Positions 1 to 15,000 of a stretch of DNA of 64,000 nucleotides are shown here, one piece after another. This DNA comes from Eledone cirrhosa (Eukaryota), in assembly GCA_964016885.1 (NCBI GenBank), contig OZ024759.1:2666001-2730000 (forward strand). Reading direction: 5' to 3'. Numbering within the stretch: position 1 is the stretch's first letter; each line of letters begins with the position of its first letter. The notes beneath the pieces were generated by a model, which did no database searches, had not been told where the DNA came from, and saw nothing but the letters and a program-made list of their open reading frames with translations. The translations under genes and the position numbers were made by a program.

Positions 1-3000
1 GTTACTCCCTCCTCACTAGTTGAGGTAACAAAGAGGTTAAAGTTCTGTTTCACCCATGTTTCTCCCTCCTCGCTAGTTGAGGTAACAAAGAGGTTAAATT
101 TCTGTTTCACCCATGTTTCTACCTCCTCACTAGTTGAGGTATCAAAGAGGTTAAAGTTCTGTTTCACCCATCTTTCTACCCCTTACTATTTGAGGTAACA
201 AAGAGGTTAAAGTTCTGTTTCACCCATGTTACTCCCTCCTCACTAGTTGAGGTAACAAAGAGGTTAAAGTTCTGTTTCACCCATGTTTCTCCCTCCTCAC
301 TAATTGAGGTAACAAAGAGGTTAAAGTTCTGTTTCACCCATGTTTCTACCTCCTCACTATTTGAGGTAACAAAGAGGTTAAAGTTCTGTTTCACCCATGT
401 TTCTCCACCCCTTACTAGTTGAGGTAACAAAGAGGTTTCTCACTCCATGCTTCTCCCTCCTTACTAGTTGAGGTAACAAAGAGGTTAAAGTTCTGTTTCA
501 CCCATGTTTCTCCCCCCTCACTAGTTGAGGTAAGAAAGAGGTTAAAGTTCTGTTTCACCCATGTTTCTCCCTCATCACTAGTTGAGGTAACAAAGAGGTT
601 AAAGTTCTGTTTCACCCATGTTTCTCCCTCCTCACTAGTTGAGGTAACAAAGAGGTTAAAGTTCTGTTTCACCCATGTTTCTCCTTCCTCACTAGTTGAG
701 GTAACAAAGAGGTTAAAGTTCTGTTTCACCCATGTTTCTCCCTCCTCACTAGTTGAGGTAACAAAGAGGTTAAAGTTCTATTTCACCCATGTTTCTCCCT
801 CCTCACTAGTTGAGGTAACAAAGAGGTTAAAGTTCTATTTCACCCATGTTTCTCTCGCCTTACTAGTTGGGGTAACAAAGAGGTTAATGTTCTGTTTCAC
901 CCATGTTTCTCCCTCCTCACTAGTTTAGGTAACAAAGAGGTTAAAGTTCTGTTTCACCCATGTTTCTACCTCCCCACTAGTTGAGGTAACAAAGAGGTTA
1001 AAGTTCTATTTCACCCATGTTTCTCTCTCCTTACTAGTTGGGGTAACAAAGAGGTTAATGTTCTGTTTCACCCATGTTTCTCCCTCCTCACTAGTTTAGG
1101 TAACAAAGAGGTTAAAGTTCTGTTTCACCCATCTTTCTTCCTCCACACCAGTTGAGGTAACAAAGAGGTTTCTCACTCCATGCTTCTCCCTCCTTACTAG
1201 TTGAGGTAACAAAGAGGTTAAAGTTCTGTTTCACCCATGTTGCTCCCCCCTCACTAGTTGAGGTAACAAAGAGGTTAAAGTTCTGATTCACCCATGTTTC
1301 TCCCCCCTCACTAGTTGAGGTAACAAAGAGGTTAAAGTTCTGTTTCACCCATGTTTCTCCCTCATCACTAGTTGAGGTAAAAAAGAGGTTAAAGATCTGT
1401 TTCACCCATGTTTCTCCCTCCTCCCTAGTTTAGGTAACAAAGAGGTTAAAGTTCTGTTTCAGCCATGTTTCTCCCTCCTCACTAGTTGAGGTAACAAATA
1501 GGTTCAAGTTCTGTTTCACCCATGTTTCTCCCTCCTCACTAGTTGAGGTAACAAAGAGGTTAAAGTTCTGTTTCACCCATGTTTCTCCCTCCTCACTAGT
1601 TGAGGTAACAAAGAGGTTAAAGTTCTGTTTCACCAATGTTTCTCCCTCCTCGCTAGTTGAGGTAACAAAGAGGTTAAAGTTCTGTTTTACCCATGTTTCT
1701 CCCTCCTCACTAGTTGAGGTAACAAAGAGGTTAAAGTTCTATTTAACCCATGTTTCTCCCTCCTTACTAGTTGAGGTAACAAAGAGGTTAAAGTTCTGTT
1801 TCACCCATGTTTCTCCCTCCTCACTAGTTTAGGTAACAAAGAGGTTAAAGTTCTGTTTCAGACATGTTTCTACCTCCTCACTAGTTGAGGTAGCAAAGAG
1901 GTTAAAGTTCTGTTTCACCCATGTTTCTACCTCCTCACTAGTTGAGGTAACAAAGAGGTTAAAGTTCTGTTTCACCCAGGTTTCTCCCTCCTTACTAGTT
2001 GAGGTAACAAAGAGGTTAAAGTTCTGTTTCACCCATGTTTCTCCCTCCTCACTAGTTTAGGTAACAAAGAGGTTAAAGTTCTCTTTCACCCATGTTTCTC
2101 CCTCCTCATTAGTTGAGGTAACAAAGAGGTTAAAGTTCTGTTTCACCCATGTTTCTCCCTCCTCACTAGTTGAGGTAACAAAGAGGTTAAAGTTCTGTTT
2201 CACCCATGTTTTTCCCTCCTCACTAGTTGAGGTAACAAAGAGGTTAAAGTTCTGTTTCACCCATGTTTCTACCTCCTCACTAGTTGAGGTAACAAAGAGG
2301 TTAAAGTTCTGTTTCACACATGTTTCTACCTCCTCACTATTTGAGGTAACAAAGAGGTTTCTCACTCCATGCTTCTCCCTCCTTACTAGTTGAGGTAACA
2401 AAGAGGTTAAAGTTCTGTTTCACCCATGTTTCTCCCCCCTCACTAGTTGAGGTAACAAAGAGGTTAAAGTTCTGTTTCACACATGTTTCTACCCCCTCAC
2501 TAGTTGAGGTAACAAAGAGGTTAAAGTTCTGTTTCACCCATGTTTCTCCCTCCTCACTAATTGAAATAACAAAGAGGTTAAAGTTCTGTTTCACCCATGT
2601 TTCTCCCTCCTCACTAATTGAGGTAACAAAGAGGTTAAAGTTCTGTTTCACCCATGTTTCTCCCTCCTCACTAATTGAGGTAACAAAGAGGTTAAAGTTC
2701 TGTTTCACACATGTTTCTACCCCCTCACTAGTTGAGGTAACAAAGAGGTTAAAGTTCTGTTTCACCCATGTTTCTCCCTCCTCACTAATTGAAATAACAA
2801 AGAGGTTAAAGTTCTGTTTCACCAATGTTTCTCCCTCCTCACTAATTGAGGTAACAAAGAGGTTAAAGTTCTGTTTCACCCATGTTTCTCCCTCCTCACT
2901 AATTGAGGTAACAAAGAGGTTAAAGTTCTGTTTCATCCATGTTTCTCCCTCCTCACTAGTTGAAGTAACAAAGAGGTTAAAGTTCTGTTTCACCCATGTT

Positions 3001-6000
3001 TCTCCCTCCTCACTAGTTGAGGTAATAAAGAGGTTAAAGTTCTATTTAACCCATGTTTCTCCCTCCTTACTAGTTGAGGTAACAAAGAGGTGAAAGTTCT
3101 GTTTCACCCATGTTTCTCCCTCCTCACTAGTTGAGGTAACAAAGAGGTTAAAGTTCTGTTTCACCAATGTTTCTCCCTCCTCGCTAGTTGAGGTAACAAA
3201 GAGGTTAAAGTTCTGTTTTACCCATGTTTCTCCCTCCTCACTAGTTGAGGTAACAAAGAGGTTAAAGTTCTATTTAACCCATGTTTCTCCCTCCTTACTA
3301 GTTGAGGTAACAAAGAGGTTAAAGTTCTGTTTCACCCATGTTTCTCCCTCCTCACTAGTTTAGGTAACAAAGAGGTTAAAGTTCTGTTTCAGCCATGTTT
3401 CTACCTCCTCACTAGTTGAGGTAGCAAAGAGGTTAAAGTTCTGTTTCACCCATGTTTCTACCTCCTCACTAGTTGAGGTAACAAAGAGGTTAAAGTTCTG
3501 TTTCACCCAGGTTTCTCCCTCCTTACTAGTTGAGGTAACAAAGAGGTTAAAGTTCTGTTTCACCCATGTTTCTCCCTCCTCACTAGTTTAGGTAACAAAG
3601 AGGTTAAAGTTCTCTTTCACCCATGTTTCTCCCTCCTCATTAGTTGAGGTTATAAAGAGGTTAAAGTTCTGTTTCACCCATGTTTCTCCCTCCTCACTAG
3701 TTGAGGTAACAAAGAGGTTAAAGTTCTGTTTCACCCATGTTTTTCCCTCCTCACTAGTTGAGGTAACAAAGAGGTTAAAGTTCTGTTTCACCCATGTTTC
3801 TACCTCCTCACTAGTTGAGGTAACAAAGAGGTTAAAGTTCTGTTTCACACATGTTTCTACCTCCTCACTATTTGAGGTAACAAAGAGGTTTCTCACTCCA
3901 TGCTTCTCCCTCCTTACTAGTTGAGGTAACAAAGAGGTTAAAGTTCTGTTTCACCCATGTTTCTCCACCCTCACTAGTTGAGGTAACAAAGAGGTTAAAG
4001 TTCTGTTTCACCCATGTTTCTACCCCCTCACTAGTTGAGGTAACAAAGAGGTTAAAGTTCTGTTTCACCCATGTTTCTCCCTCCTCACTAATTGAGATAA
4101 CAATGAGGTTAAAGTTCTGTTTCACCCATGTTTCTCCCTCCTCACTAATTGAGGTAACAAAGAGGTTAAAGTTCTGTTTCACCCATGTTTCTCCCTCCTC
4201 ACTAATTGAGGTAACAAAGAGGTTAAAGTTCTGTTTCACCCATTTTCTCCCTCCTCACTAATTGAGGTAACAAAGAGGTTAAAGTTCTGTTTCATCCATG
4301 TTTCTCCCTCCTCACTAGTTGAAGTAACAAAGAGGTTAAAGTTCTGTTTCACCCATGTTTCTCCCTCCTCACTAGTTGAGGTAATAAAGAGGTTAAAGTT
4401 CTATTTAACCCATGTTTCTCCCTCCTTACTAGTTGAGGTAACAAAGAGGTGAAAGTTCTGTTTCACCCATGTTTCTCCCTCCTCACTAGTTTAGGTAACA
4501 AAGAGGTTAAAGTTCTGTTTCACCCATGTTTCTACCTCCTCACTAGTTGAGGTAACAAAGAGGTTAAAGTTCTGTTTCACCCATGTTTCTACCTCCTCAC
4601 TAGTTGAGGTAACAAAGAGGTTAAAGTTCTGTTTCACCCATGTTTCTCCCTCCTCACTAGTTGAGGTAACAAAGAGGTTAAAGTTCTGTTTCACCCATGT
4701 TTCTCCCTCCTCACTAGTTTAGGTAACAAAGAGGTTAAAGTTCTGTTTCACCCATGTTTCTACCACCTCACTATTTGAGGTAACAAAGAGGTTAAAGTTC
4801 TGTTTCACCCATGTTTCTCCCTCCTCGCTAGTTGAGGTAACAAAGAGGTTAAAGTTCTGTTTCACCCATGTTTCTCCCTCCTCACTAGTTGAGGTAACAA
4901 AGAGGTTAAAGTTCTGTTTCACCCATCTTTCTACCCCTTACTATTTGAGGTAACAAAGAGGTTAAAGTTCTGTTTCACCCATGTTTCTCCCTCCTCACTA
5001 GTTGAGGTAACAAAGAGGTTAAAGTTCTGTTTCACCCATGTTTCTCCCTCCTCGCTAGTTGAGGTAACAAAGAGGTTAAAGTTCTGTTTCACCCATGTTT
5101 CTACCTCCTCACTAGTTGAGGTAACAAAGAGGTTAAAGTTCTGTTTCACCCATCTTTCTACCCCTTACTATTTGAGGTAACAAAGAGGTTAAAGTTCTGT
5201 TTCAGCCATGTTACTCCCTCCTCACTAGTTGAGGTAACAAAGAGGTTAAAGTTCTGTTTCACCCATGTTTCTCCCTCCTCACTAATTGAGGTAACAAAGA
5301 GGTTAAAGTTCTGTTTCACCCATGTTTCTACCTCCTCACTATTTGAGGTAACAAAGAGGTTAAAGTTCTGTTTCACCCATGTTTCTCCACCTCTTACTAG
5401 TTGAGGTAACAAAGAGGTTTCTCACTCCATGCTTCTCCCTCCTTACTAGTTGAGGTAACAAAGAGGTTAAAGTTCTGTTTCATCCATGTTGCTCCCCCCC
5501 TCACTTACTGAGGTAACAAAGAGGTTAAAGTTCTGTTTCACCCATGATTCTCCCCCCTCACTAGTTGAGGTAACAAAGAGGTTAAAGTTCTGTTTCACCC
5601 ATGTTTCTCCCTCATCACTAGTTGAGGTAACAAAGAGGTTAAAGTTCTGTTTCACCCATGTTTCTCCCTCCTCACTAGTTGAGGTAACAAAGAGGTTAAA
5701 GTTCTGTTTCACCCATGTTTCTCCTTCCTCACTAGTTGAGGTAACAAAGAGGTTAAAGTTCTGTTTCACCCATGTTTCTCCCTCCTCACTAGTTGAGGTA
5801 ACAAAGAGGTTAAAGTTCAATTTCACCCATGTTTCTCCCTCCTCACTAGTTGAGGTAACAAAGAGGTTAAAGTTCTATTTCACCCATGTTTCTCTCTCCT
5901 TACTAGTTGGGGTAACAAAGAGGTTAATGTTCTGTTTCACCCATGTTTCTCCCTCCTCACTAGTTTAGGTGACAAAGAGGTTAAAGTTATGTTTCACCCA

Positions 6001-9000
6001 TCTTTCTTCCTCCTCACTAGTTGAGGTAACAAAGAGGTTTCTCACTCCATGCTTCTCCCTCCTTACTAGTTGAGGTAACAAAGAGGTTAAAGTTCTGTTT
6101 CACCCATGTTGCTCCCCCCTCACTAGTTGAGGTAACAAAGAGGTTAAAGTTCTGATTCACCCATGTTTCTCCCCCCTCACTAGTTGAGGTAACAAAGAGG
6201 TTAAAGTTCTGTTTCCCCCATGTTTCTCCCTCATCACTAGTTGAGGTAAAAAAGAGGTTAAAGATCTGTTTCACCCATGTTTCTCCCTCCTCACTAGTTG
6301 AGGTAACAAAGAGGTTAAAGTTCTGTTTCACCCATGTTTCTCCCTCCTCACTAGTTGAGGTAACAAAGAGGTTAAAGTTCTGTTTCACCCATGTTTCTAC
6401 CCCCCTCACTAGTTGAGGTAAAAAAGAGGTTAAAGTTCTCTTTCACCCATGTTTCTCCCTCCTCACTAATTGAGGTAACAAAGAGGTTACAGTTCTATTT
6501 AACCCATGTTTCTCCCTCCTTACTAGTTGAGGTAACAAAGAGGTTAAAGTTCTGTTTCACCCATGTTTCTCCCCCCTCACTAGTAGAGGTAACAAAGAGG
6601 TTAAAGTTCTATTTAACCCATGTTTCTCCCTCCTTACTAGTTGAGGTAACAAAGAGCTTAAAGTTCTGTTTCACCCATGTTTCTCCCTCCTCACTAGTTT
6701 AGGTAACAAAGAGGTTAAAGTTCTGTTTCAACCATGTTTCTACCTCCTCACTAGTTGAGGTAACAAAGAGGTTAAAGTTCTGTTTCACCCATGTTTCTAC
6801 CTCCTCACTAATTGAGGTAACAAAGAGGTTAAAGTTCTGTTTCACCCATGTTTCTCCCTCCTTACTAGTTGAGGTAACAAAGAGGTTAAAGTTCTGTTTC
6901 ACCCATGTTTCTTCCTCCTCACTAGTTTAGGTAACAAAGAGGTTAAAGTTCTGTTTCACCCATGTTTCTACCTCCTCACTAGTTGAGGTAACAAAGAGGT
7001 TAAAGTTCTGTTTCACCCATGTTTCTCCCTCCTCACTAGTTGAGGTAACAAAGAGGTTAAAGTTCTGTTTCACCCATGTTTCTCCCTCCTCACTAGTTGA
7101 GGTAACAAAGAGGTTAAAGTTCTGTTTCACCCATGTTTCTCCCTCCTCACTAGTTGAGGTAACAAAGAGGTTAAAGTTCTGTTTCACCCATGTTTCTCCC
7201 TCCTCACTAGTTGAGGTAACAAAGAGGTTAAAGTTCTGTTTCACCCATGTTTCTACCACCTCACTATTTGAGGTAACAAAGAGGTTAAAGTTCTGTTTCA
7301 CCCATGTTTCTCCCTCCTCGCTAGTTGAGGTAACAAAGAGGTTAAAGTTCTGTTTCACCCATGTTTCTCCCTCCTCACTAGTTGAGGTAACAAAGAGGTT
7401 AAAGTTCTGTTTCACCCATCTTTCTACCCCTTACTATTTGAGGTAACAAAGAGGTTAAAGTTCTGTTTCACCCATGTTACTCCCTCCTCACTAGTTGAGG
7501 TAACAAAGAGGTTAAAGTTCTGTTTCACCCATGTTTCTCCCTCCTCGCTAGTTGAGGTAACAAAGAGGTTAAATTTCTGTTTCAACCATGTTTCTACCTC
7601 CTCACTAGTTGAGGTATCAAAGAGGTTAAAGTTCTGTTTCACCCATCTTTCTACCCCTTACTATTTGAGGTAACAAAGAGGTTAAAGTTCTGTTTCACCC
7701 ATGTTACTCCCTCCTCACTAGTTGAGGTAACAAAGAGGTTAAAGTTCTGTTTCACCCATGTTTCTCCCTCCTCACTAATTGAGGTAACAAAGAGGTTAAA
7801 GTTCTGTTTCACCCATGTTTCTACCTCCTCACTATTTGAGGTAACAAAGAGGTTAAAGTTCTGTTTCACCCATGTTTCTCCACCCCTTACTAGTTGAGGT
7901 AACAAAGAGGTTTCTCACTCCATGCTTCTCCCTCCTTACTAGTTGAGGTAACAAAGAGGTTAAAGTTCTGTTTCACCCATGTTTCTCCCCCCTCACTAGT
8001 TGAGGTAAGAAAGAGGTTAAAGTTCTGTTTCACCCATGTTTCTCCCTCATCACTAGTTGAGGTAACAAAGAGGTTAAAGTTCTGTTTCACCCATGTTTCT
8101 CCCTCCTCACTAGTTGAGGTAACAAAGAGGTTAAAGTTCTGTTTCACCCATGTTTCTCCTTCCTCACTAGTTGTGGTAACAAAGAGGTTAAAGTTCTGTT
8201 TCACCCATGTTTCTCCCTCCTCACTAGTTGAGGTAACAAAGAGGTTAAAGTTCTATTTCACCCATGTTTCTCCCTCCTCACTAGTTGAGGTAACAAAGAG
8301 GTTAAAGTTCTATTTCACCCATGTTTCTCTCTCCTTACTAGTTGGGGTAACAAAGAGGTTAATGTTCTGTTTCACCCATATTTCTCCCTCCTCACTAGTT
8401 TAGGTAACAAAGAGGTTAAAGTTCTGTTTCACCCATGTTTCTACCTCATCACTAGTTGAGGTAACAAAGAGGTTAAAGTTCTATTTCACCCATGTTTCTC
8501 TATCCTTACTAGTTGGGGTAACAAAGAGGTTAATGTTCTGTTTCACCCATGTTTCTCCCTCCTCACTAGTTTAGGTAACAAAGAGGTTAAAGTTCTGTTT
8601 CACCCATCTTTCTACCTCCACACCAGTTGAGGTAACAAAGAGGTTTCTCACTCCATGCTTCTCCCTCCTTACTAGTTGAGGTAACAAAGAGGTTAAAGTT
8701 CTGTTTCACCCATGTTGCTCCCCCCTCACTAGTTGAGGTAACAAAGAGGTTAAAGTTCTGATTCACCCATGTTTCTCCCCCCTCACTAGTTGAGGTAACA
8801 AAGAGGTTAAAGTTCTGTTTCACCCATGTTTCTCCCTCATCACTAGTTGAGGTAAAAAAGAGGTTAAAGATCTGTTTCACCCATGTTTCTCCCTCCTCAC
8901 TAGTTGAGGTAACAAAGAGGTTAAAGTTCTGTTTCACCCATGTTTCTACCTCCTCACTAGTTGAGGTAACAAAGAGCTTAAAGTTCTGTTTCACCCATGT

Positions 9001-12000
9001 TTCTACCTCCTCACTAGTTGAGGTAACAAAGAGGTTAAAGTTCTGTTTCACCCATGTTTCTCCCTCCTCACTAGTTGATGTAACAAAGAGGTTAAAGTTC
9101 TGTTTCACCCATGTTTCTCCCTCCTCACAAGTGAGGTAACAAAGAGGTTAAAGTTCTGTTTCACCCATCTTTCTACCTCCTCACTAGTTTAGGTAACAAA
9201 GAGGTTAAAGTTCTGTTTCACCCATGTTTCTACCTCCTCACTAGTTGAGGTAACAAAGAGGTTAAATTTCTGTTTCACCCATGTTTCTCCCTCCTTACTA
9301 GTTGAGGTAACAAAGAGGTTTCTCACTCCATGCTTCTCCCTCCTTACTAGTTGAGGTAACAAAGAGGTTAAAGTTCTGTTTCACCAATCTTTCTCCCTCC
9401 TCACTAATTGAGGTAACAAAGAGGTTAAAGTTCTGTTTCATCCATGTTTCTCCCTCCTCACTAGTTGAGGTAACAAAGAGGTTAAAGTTCTATTTAACCC
9501 ATGTTTCTACCTCCTTACTAGTTGAGGTAACAAAGAGGTTAAAGTTCTGTTTCACCAATGTTTCTCCCTCCTCACTAGTTTAGGTAACAAAGAGGTTAAA
9601 GTTCTGTTTCGCCCATGTTTCTACCTCCTCACTAGTTGAGGTAACAAAGAGGTTAAAGTTCTGTTTGACCCATGTTTCTACCTCCTCACTAGTTGAGGTA
9701 ACAAAGAGGTTAAAGTTCTGTTTCACCCATGTTTCTCCCTCCTTACTATATGAGGTAACAAAGAGGTTAAAGTTCTGTTTCACCCATGTTTCTCCCTCCT
9801 CACTAGTTGAGGTAACAAAGAGGTTAAAGTTCTGTTTCACCCGTGTTTCTCCCTCCTCACTAGTTGAGGTAACAAAGAGGTTAAAGTTCTGTTTCACCCA
9901 TGTTTCTACCTCCTCACTATATGAGTTAACAAAGAGGTTAAAGTTCTGTTTCACCCATGTTTCTCCCCCCTCACTAGTTGAGGTAACAAAGAGGTTAAAG
10001 TTCTGTTTCACCCATGTTTCTCCCTCATCACTAGTTGAGGTAACAAAGAGTTTAAAGTTCTGTTTCACCCATGTTTCTCCCTCCTCACTAGTTGAGGTAA
10101 CAAAGAGGTTAAAGTTCTATTTCACCCATGTTTCTCTCTCCTTACTAGTTGAGGTAACAAAGAGGTTAAAGTTCTGTTTCACCCATGTTTCTCCCTCCTC
10201 ACTAGTTTAGGTAACAAAGAGGTTAAAGTTCTGTTTCACCCATGTTTCTACCTCCTCACTAGTTGAGGTAACAAAGAGGTTAAAGTTCTGTTTCACCCAT
10301 GTTTCTACCTCCTCACTAGTTGAGGTAACAAAGAGGTTAAAGTTCTGTTTCACCCATGTTTCTCCCTCCTCACTAGTTGATGTAACAAAGAGGTTAAAGT
10401 TCTGTTTCACCCATGTTTCTCCCTCCTCACTAGTTGAGGTAACAAAGAGGTTAAAGTTCTGTTTCACCCATCTTTCTACCTCCTCACTAGTTTAGGTAAC
10501 AAAGAGGTTAAAGTTCTGTTTCACCCATGTTTCTCCACCTCTTACTAATTGAGGTAACAAAGAGGTTTCTCACTCCATGCTTCTCCCTCCTTACTAGTTG
10601 AGGTAACAAAGAGGTTAAAGTTCTGTTTCATCCATGTTGCTCCCCCCCTCACTTACTGAGGTAACAAAGAGGTTAAAGTTCTGTTTCACCCATGATTCTC
10701 CCCCCTCCCTCGTTGAGGTAACAAAGAGGTTAAAGTTCTGTTTCACCCATGTTTCTCCCTCATCACTAGTTGAGGTAACAAAGAGGTTAAAGTTCTGTTT
10801 CACCCATGTTTCTCCCTCCTCACTAGTTGAGGTAACAAAGAGGTTAAAGTTCTGTTTCACCCATGTTTCTCCTTCCTCACTAGTTGAGGTAACAAAGAGG
10901 TTAAAGTTCTGTTTCACCCATGTTTCTCCCTCCTCACTAGTTGAGGTAACAAAGAGGTTAAAGTTCAATTTCACCCATGTTTCTCCCTCCTCACTAGTTG
11001 AGGTAACAAAGAGGTTAAAGTTCTATTTCACCCATGTTTCTCTCTCCTTACTAGTTGGGGTAACAAAGAGGTTAATGTTCTGTTTCACCCATGTTTCTCC
11101 CTCCTCACTAGTTTAGGTGACAAAGAGGTTAAAGTTATGTTTCACCCATCTTTCTTCCTCCTCACTAGTTGAGGTAACAAAGAGGTTTCTCACTCCATGC
11201 TTCTCCCTCCTTACTAGTTGAGGTAACAAAGAGGTTAAAGTTCTGTTTCACCCATGTTGCTCCCCCCTCACTAGTTGAGGTAACAAAGAGGTTAAAGTTC
11301 TGATTCACCCATGTTTCTCCCCCCTCACTAGTTGAGGTAACAAAGAGGTTAAAGTTCTGTTTCCCCCATGTTTCTCCCTCATCACTAGTTGAGGTAAAAA
11401 AGAGGTTAAAGATCTGTTTCACCCATGTTTCTCCCTCCTCACTAGTTGAGGTAACAAAGAGGTTAAAGTTCTGTTTCACCCATGTTTCTCCCTCCTCACT
11501 AGTTGAGGTAACAAAGAGGTTAAAGTTCTGTTTCACCCATGTTTCTACCCCCCTCACTAGTTGAGGTAAAAAAGAGGTTAAAGTTCTCTTTCACCCATGT
11601 TTCTCCCTCCTCACTAATTGAGGTAACAAAGAGGTTACAGTTCTATTTAACCCATGTTTCTCCCTCCTTACTAGTTGAGGTAACAAAGAGGTTAAAGTTC
11701 TGTTTCACCCATGTTTCTCCCCCCTCACTAGTAGAGGTAACAAAGAGGTTAAAGTTCTATTTAACCCATGTTTCTCCCTCCTTACTAGTTGAGGTAACAA
11801 AGAGCTTAAAGTTCTGTTTCACCCATGTTTCTCCCTCCTCACTAGTTTAGGTAACAAAGAGGTTAAAGTTCTGTTTCAACCATGTTTCTACCTCCTCACT
11901 AGTTGAGGTAACAAAGAGGTTAAAGTTCTGTTTCACCCATGTTTCTACCTCCTCACTAATTGAGGTAACAAAGAGGTTAAAGTTCTGTTTCACCCATGTT

Positions 12001-15000
12001 TCTCCCTCCTTACTAGTTGAGGTAACAAAGAGGTTAAAGTTCTGTTTCACCCATGTTTCTTCCTCCTCACTAGTTTAGGTAACAAAGAGGTTAAAGTTCT
12101 GTTTCACCCATGTTTCTACCTCCTCACTAGTTGAGGTAACAAAGAGGTTAAAGTTCTGTTTCACCCATGTTTCTCCCTCCTCACTAGTTGAGGTAACAAA
12201 GAGGTTAAAGTTCTGTTTCACCCATGTTTCTCCCTCCTCACTAGTTGAGGTAACAAAGAGGTTAAAGTTCTGTTTCACCCATGTTTCTCCCTCCTCACTA
12301 GTTGAGGTAACAAAGAGGTTAAAGTTCTGTTTCACCCATGTTTCTCCCTCCTCACTAGTTGAGGTAACAAAGAGGTTAAAGTTCTGTTTCACCCATGTTT
12401 CTACCACCTCACTATTTGAGGTAACAAAGAGGTTAAAGTTCTGTTTCACCCATGTTTCTCCCTCCTCGCTAGTTGAGGTAACAAAGAGGTTAAAGTTCTG
12501 TTTCACCCATGTTTCTCCCTCCTCACTAGTTGAGGTAACAAAGAGGTTAAAGTTCTGTTTCACCCATCTTTCTACCCCTTACTATTTGAGGTAACAAAGA
12601 GGTTAAAGTTCTGTTTCACCCATGTTACTCCCTCCTCACTAGTTGAGGTAACAAAGAGGTTAAAGTTCTGTTTCACCCATGTTTCTCCCTCCTCGCTAGT
12701 TGAGGTAACAAAGAGGTTAAATTTCTGTTTCAACCATGTTTCTACCTCCTCACTAGTTGAGGTATCAAAGAGGTTAAAGTTCTGTTTCACCCATCTTTCT
12801 ACCCCTTACTATTTGAGGTAACAAAGAGGTTAAAGTTCTGTTTCACCCATGTTACTCCCTCCTCACTAGTTGAGGTAACAAAGAGGTTAAAGTTCTGTTT
12901 CACCCATGTTTCTCCCTCCTCACTAATTGAGGTAACAAAGAGGTTAAAGTTCTGTTTCACCCATGTTTCTACCTCCTCACTATTTGAGGTAACAAAGAGG
13001 TTAAAGTTCTGTTTCACCCATGTTTCTCCACCCCTTACTAGTTGAGGTAACAAAGAGGTTTCTCACTCCATGCTTCTCCCTCCTTACTAGTTGAGGTAAC
13101 AAAGAGGTTAAAGTTCTGTTTCACCCATGTTTCTCCCCCCTCACTAGTTGAGGTAAGAAAGAGGTTAAAGTTCTGTTTCACCCATGTTTCTCCCTCATCA
13201 CTAGTTGAGGTAACAAAGAGGTTAAAGTTCTGTTTCACCCATGTTTCTCCCTCCTCACTAGTTGAGGTAACAAAGAGGTTAAAGTTCTGTTTCACCCATG
13301 TTTCTCCTTCCTCACTAGTTGTGGTAACAAAGAGGTTAAAGTTCTGTTTCACCCATGTTTCTCCCTCCTCACTAGTTGAGGTAACAAAGAGGTTAAAGTT
13401 CTATTTCACCCATGTTTCTCCCTCCTCACTAGTTGAGGTAACAAAGAGGTTAAAGTTCTATTTCACCCATGTTTCTCTCTCCTTACTAGTTGGGGTAACA
13501 AAGAGGTTAATGTTCTGTTTCACCCATATTTCTCCCTCCTCACTAGTTTAGGTAACAAAGAGGTTAAAGTTCTGTTTCACCCATGTTTCTACCTCATCAC
13601 TAGTTGAGGTAACAAAGAGGTTAAAGTTCTATTTCACCCATGTTTCTCTATCCTTACTAGTTGGGGTAACAAAGAGGTTAATGTTCTGTTTCACCCATGT
13701 TTCTCCCTCCTCACTAGTTTAGGTAACAAAGAGGTTAAAGTTCTGTTTCACCCATCTTTCTACCTCCACACCAGTTGAGGTAACAAAGAGGTTTCTCACT
13801 CCATGCTTCTCCCTCCTTACTAGTTGAGGTAACAAAGAGGTTAAAGTTCTGTTTCACCCATGTTGCTCCCCCCTCACTAGTTGAGGTAACAAAGAGGTTA
13901 AAGTTCTGATTCACCCATGTTTCTCCCCCCTCACTAGTTGAGGTAACAAAGAGGTTAAAGTTCTGTTTCACCCATGTTTCTCCCTCATCACTAGTTGAGG
14001 TAAAAAAGAGGTTAAAGATCTGTTTCACCCATGTTTCTCCCTCCTCACTAGTTGAGGTAACAAAGAGGTTAAAGTTCTGTTTCACCCATGTTTCTACCTC
14101 CTCACTAGTTGAGGTAACAAAGAGCTTAAAGTTCTGTTTCACCCATGTTTCTACCTCCTCACTAGTTGAGGTAACAAAGAGGTTAAAGTTCTGTTTCACC
14201 CATGTTTCTCCCTCCTCACTAGTTGATGTAACAAAGAGGTTAAAGTTCTGTTTCACCCATGTTTCTCCCTCCTCACAAGTGAGGTAACAAAGAGGTTAAA
14301 GTTCTGTTTCACCCATCTTTCTACCTCCTCACTAGTTTAGGTAACAAAGAGGTTAAAGTTCTGTTTCACCCATGTTTCTACCTCCTCACTAGTTGAGGTA
14401 ACAAAGAGGTTAAATTTCTGTTTCACCCATGTTTCTCCCTCCTTACTAGTTGAGGTAACAAAGAGGTTTCTCACTCCATGCTTCTCCCTCCTTACTAGTT
14501 GAGGTAACAAAGAGGTTAAAGTTCTGTTTCACCAATCTTTCTCCCTCCTCACTAATTGAGGTAACAAAGAGGTTAAAGTTCTGTTTCATCCATGTTTCTC
14601 CCTCCTCACTAGTTGAGGTAACAAAGAGGTTAAAGTTCTATTTAACCCATGTTTCTACCTCCTTACTAGTTGAGGTAACAAAGAGGTTAAAGTTCTGTTT
14701 CACCAATGTTTCTCCCTCCTCACTAGTTTAGGTAACAAAGAGGTTAAAGTTCTGTTTCGCCCATGTTTCTACCTCCTCACTAGTTGAGGTAACAAAGAGG
14801 TTAAAGTTCTGTTTGACCCATGTTTCTACCTCCTCACTAGTTGAGGTAACAAAGAGGTTAAAGTTCTGTTTCACCCATGTTTCTCCCTCCTTACTATATG
14901 AGGTAACAAAGAGGTTAAAGTTCTGTTTCACCCATGTTTCTCCCTCCTCACTAGTTGAGGTAACAAAGAGGTTAAAGTTCTGTTTCACCCGTGTTTCTCC

